From the NCBI RefSeq assembly GCF_964213995.1, contig NW_027590443.1:1-64000 (forward strand): DNA of 64,000 bases, read 5' to 3'. The notes under the pieces are model-generated. The model was not told the origin of the DNA. It ran no database searches and saw nothing but the letters and a program-made list of their open reading frames with translations. Source of the stretch: Mustelus asterias (Eukaryota). How positions within the stretch are numbered: the first letter of the stretch is position 1; the number at the start of each line of letters is the position of its first letter. This document shows positions 62,620-64,000 of this stretch, one piece after another. A program made the position numbers and the translations under genes.

Positions 62620-63730
62620 AGTACCCCCTCAGTGCAGATGGAGGTTATTCAATGAAAAAAGGATTTCTGTCTCCGCCACCCTTTCAAGCTGCGTGTTCCA
62701 GGTGTCCGTCACACTCAACACCCCTCAAATCCAGATCTGTCCTCTCCTTATCTGGGCCCCTCACTATTTATACGCATCAATTAAGTCTCATCCCAGCCTT
62801 CTCTATGACAAAGAAAGCAATCTCAGCCTATCCAATCTTTCAAGTTAAATTCTCCAGCTCAGGCAATATTCTTGTCATCTCCCCTGTACGCTCTCTCACA
62901 TTCTTCTTGTAATACAGTGACCAGAATAGTACACAATACTCTAGCTATAACCTAACTAGTATTTTATTCAGTTCTAGCATCACCTCCCTGTGCTAATATT
63001 CCCTGCCTCAATTAATAAAGTATCCTATATGTCTCCTTAACCACCTACTCTACCCACCCTACCTTCAGGGCTCTGCACTTCAAAGAGCTCCAGTCCCTCC
63101 CATTTGTCAGTTTCTTAACATTTAACGTGTTTTCTCTTGTTTTGTTTGTTTTCCCAAATGTATTACCTCAAAACTTCTCAGGACTGAATTCCATTTACCA
63201 CTTCTGCCCACTTGACCAGTCCATTGATACCCTTCTGCAGTAATTTCTTTCCTTTCATTGACAAACACCAAAAAAGCAAAGTACCTAATAGAACGTGGAA
63301 CCAGTCTTCCAGTCACAATACGCTCAACCATTTTCCTATGCGCCTGTCACGGAGCAATATTGCATCCAGCTTGCCCCTGTCCCTGGATCTCATGAGCTTT
63401 TACATTTCTGGCCAATCTTCCATATAAGACTTGTCAAAGCCTTCAAATAAATTGCTCACCACCAGTGCGAGACTTACTATCCTGTTCATTTCTTCCTTTT
63501 AAAGCCATGGTCCATTAGCAACTCTCCAGCATCATACTGATAACCAAAGGGGATTGGAAAATGGTCAGGACTTTTGCTATTTCCTCTGATGCGTCTCTTA
63601 GCTGCTTAGAAGCAATTGGCTATCTACTTTCAAAGATCTTTAACCCCTTAATATTTCCCCTCTATTGATCCTTCAAATATTTAACACTTTTTCCACAGTC
63701 TGCATTTTCCCCTCTTTTGTGAAGGCAGAC
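62620..63730 (-). mobile_element. Highly decayed CR1 fragment
   Basis: gtgaccagaatagtacacaatactctagc (antisense LEYCVLFWSL) and EVIHLGK remnants. Confidence 0.65.
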
Positions 63731-64000
63731 AACAGGCAGCGAGGACACACAAGGGGGTGAACGACAGGGGCCAAGTGAGAGGAAAAGTGATTTTGGATGG
63801 CTGAAGTCACTGCAACCAATTATGGCAAAGGAGAACAAGAAGCAAAGGTCATAGGGAATTAGAATTCTAGTGAGGGGAGTCTGGAGGCAACGTTGAAGGG
63901 TTGGAAGAGATCATGAACAAAGGGGTGGGGAAGTGGACGACAAGGTGATGAAATTTGAACACAAGGGATGGTGGGAGGTGGGGAGGCTGTGGTGGGAGAG

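Noticed and set aside
35620-64000. Search for WNK1 exon 4 (GTPEFMAPE...IYRRVTS) and upstream kinase exons
   Set aside because: Not found by eye or in the ORF track; presumably beyond the window end, making intron 4 longer than 28 kb

Overview
Vertebrate genomic DNA, most likely a shark or other elasmobranch; this is inferred from HE1/V-SINE-type SINEs and the dominance of CR1 LINEs, not from any metadata. The whole window lies inside one minus-strand gene, WNK1 (With-No-lysine kinase 1). Exons equivalent to mammalian exons 5, 6, 7, 8, 8b, HSN2, 9 and 10 can be read with GT-AG boundaries and compatible phases, plus a candidate 36-nt microexon. The main finding is a 99-nt exon at 44146-44244, inside the >28 kb intron 4, encoding MDSENRERSPVFFIINSHCCCCSHQNDHVHVNE with a consensus donor in phase with exon 5. 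This is a clear homologue of exon 4a, the first exon of kinase-dead kidney-specific KS-WNK1, which to my recollection was described as first appearing in coelacanth/tetrapods. The introns also hold a perfect 4.9-kb 19-bp purine-rich minisatellite that grew inside a CR1 3' end, and a full-length CR1 with two open ORFs joined by a U-UUA-AAC slippery site in -1 frameshift geometry. They further contain a 112-nt near-perfect hairpin and many decayed or nested CR1 and SINE copies. Exon numbering and comparisons with human sequence are from memory; repeat boundaries are approximate.
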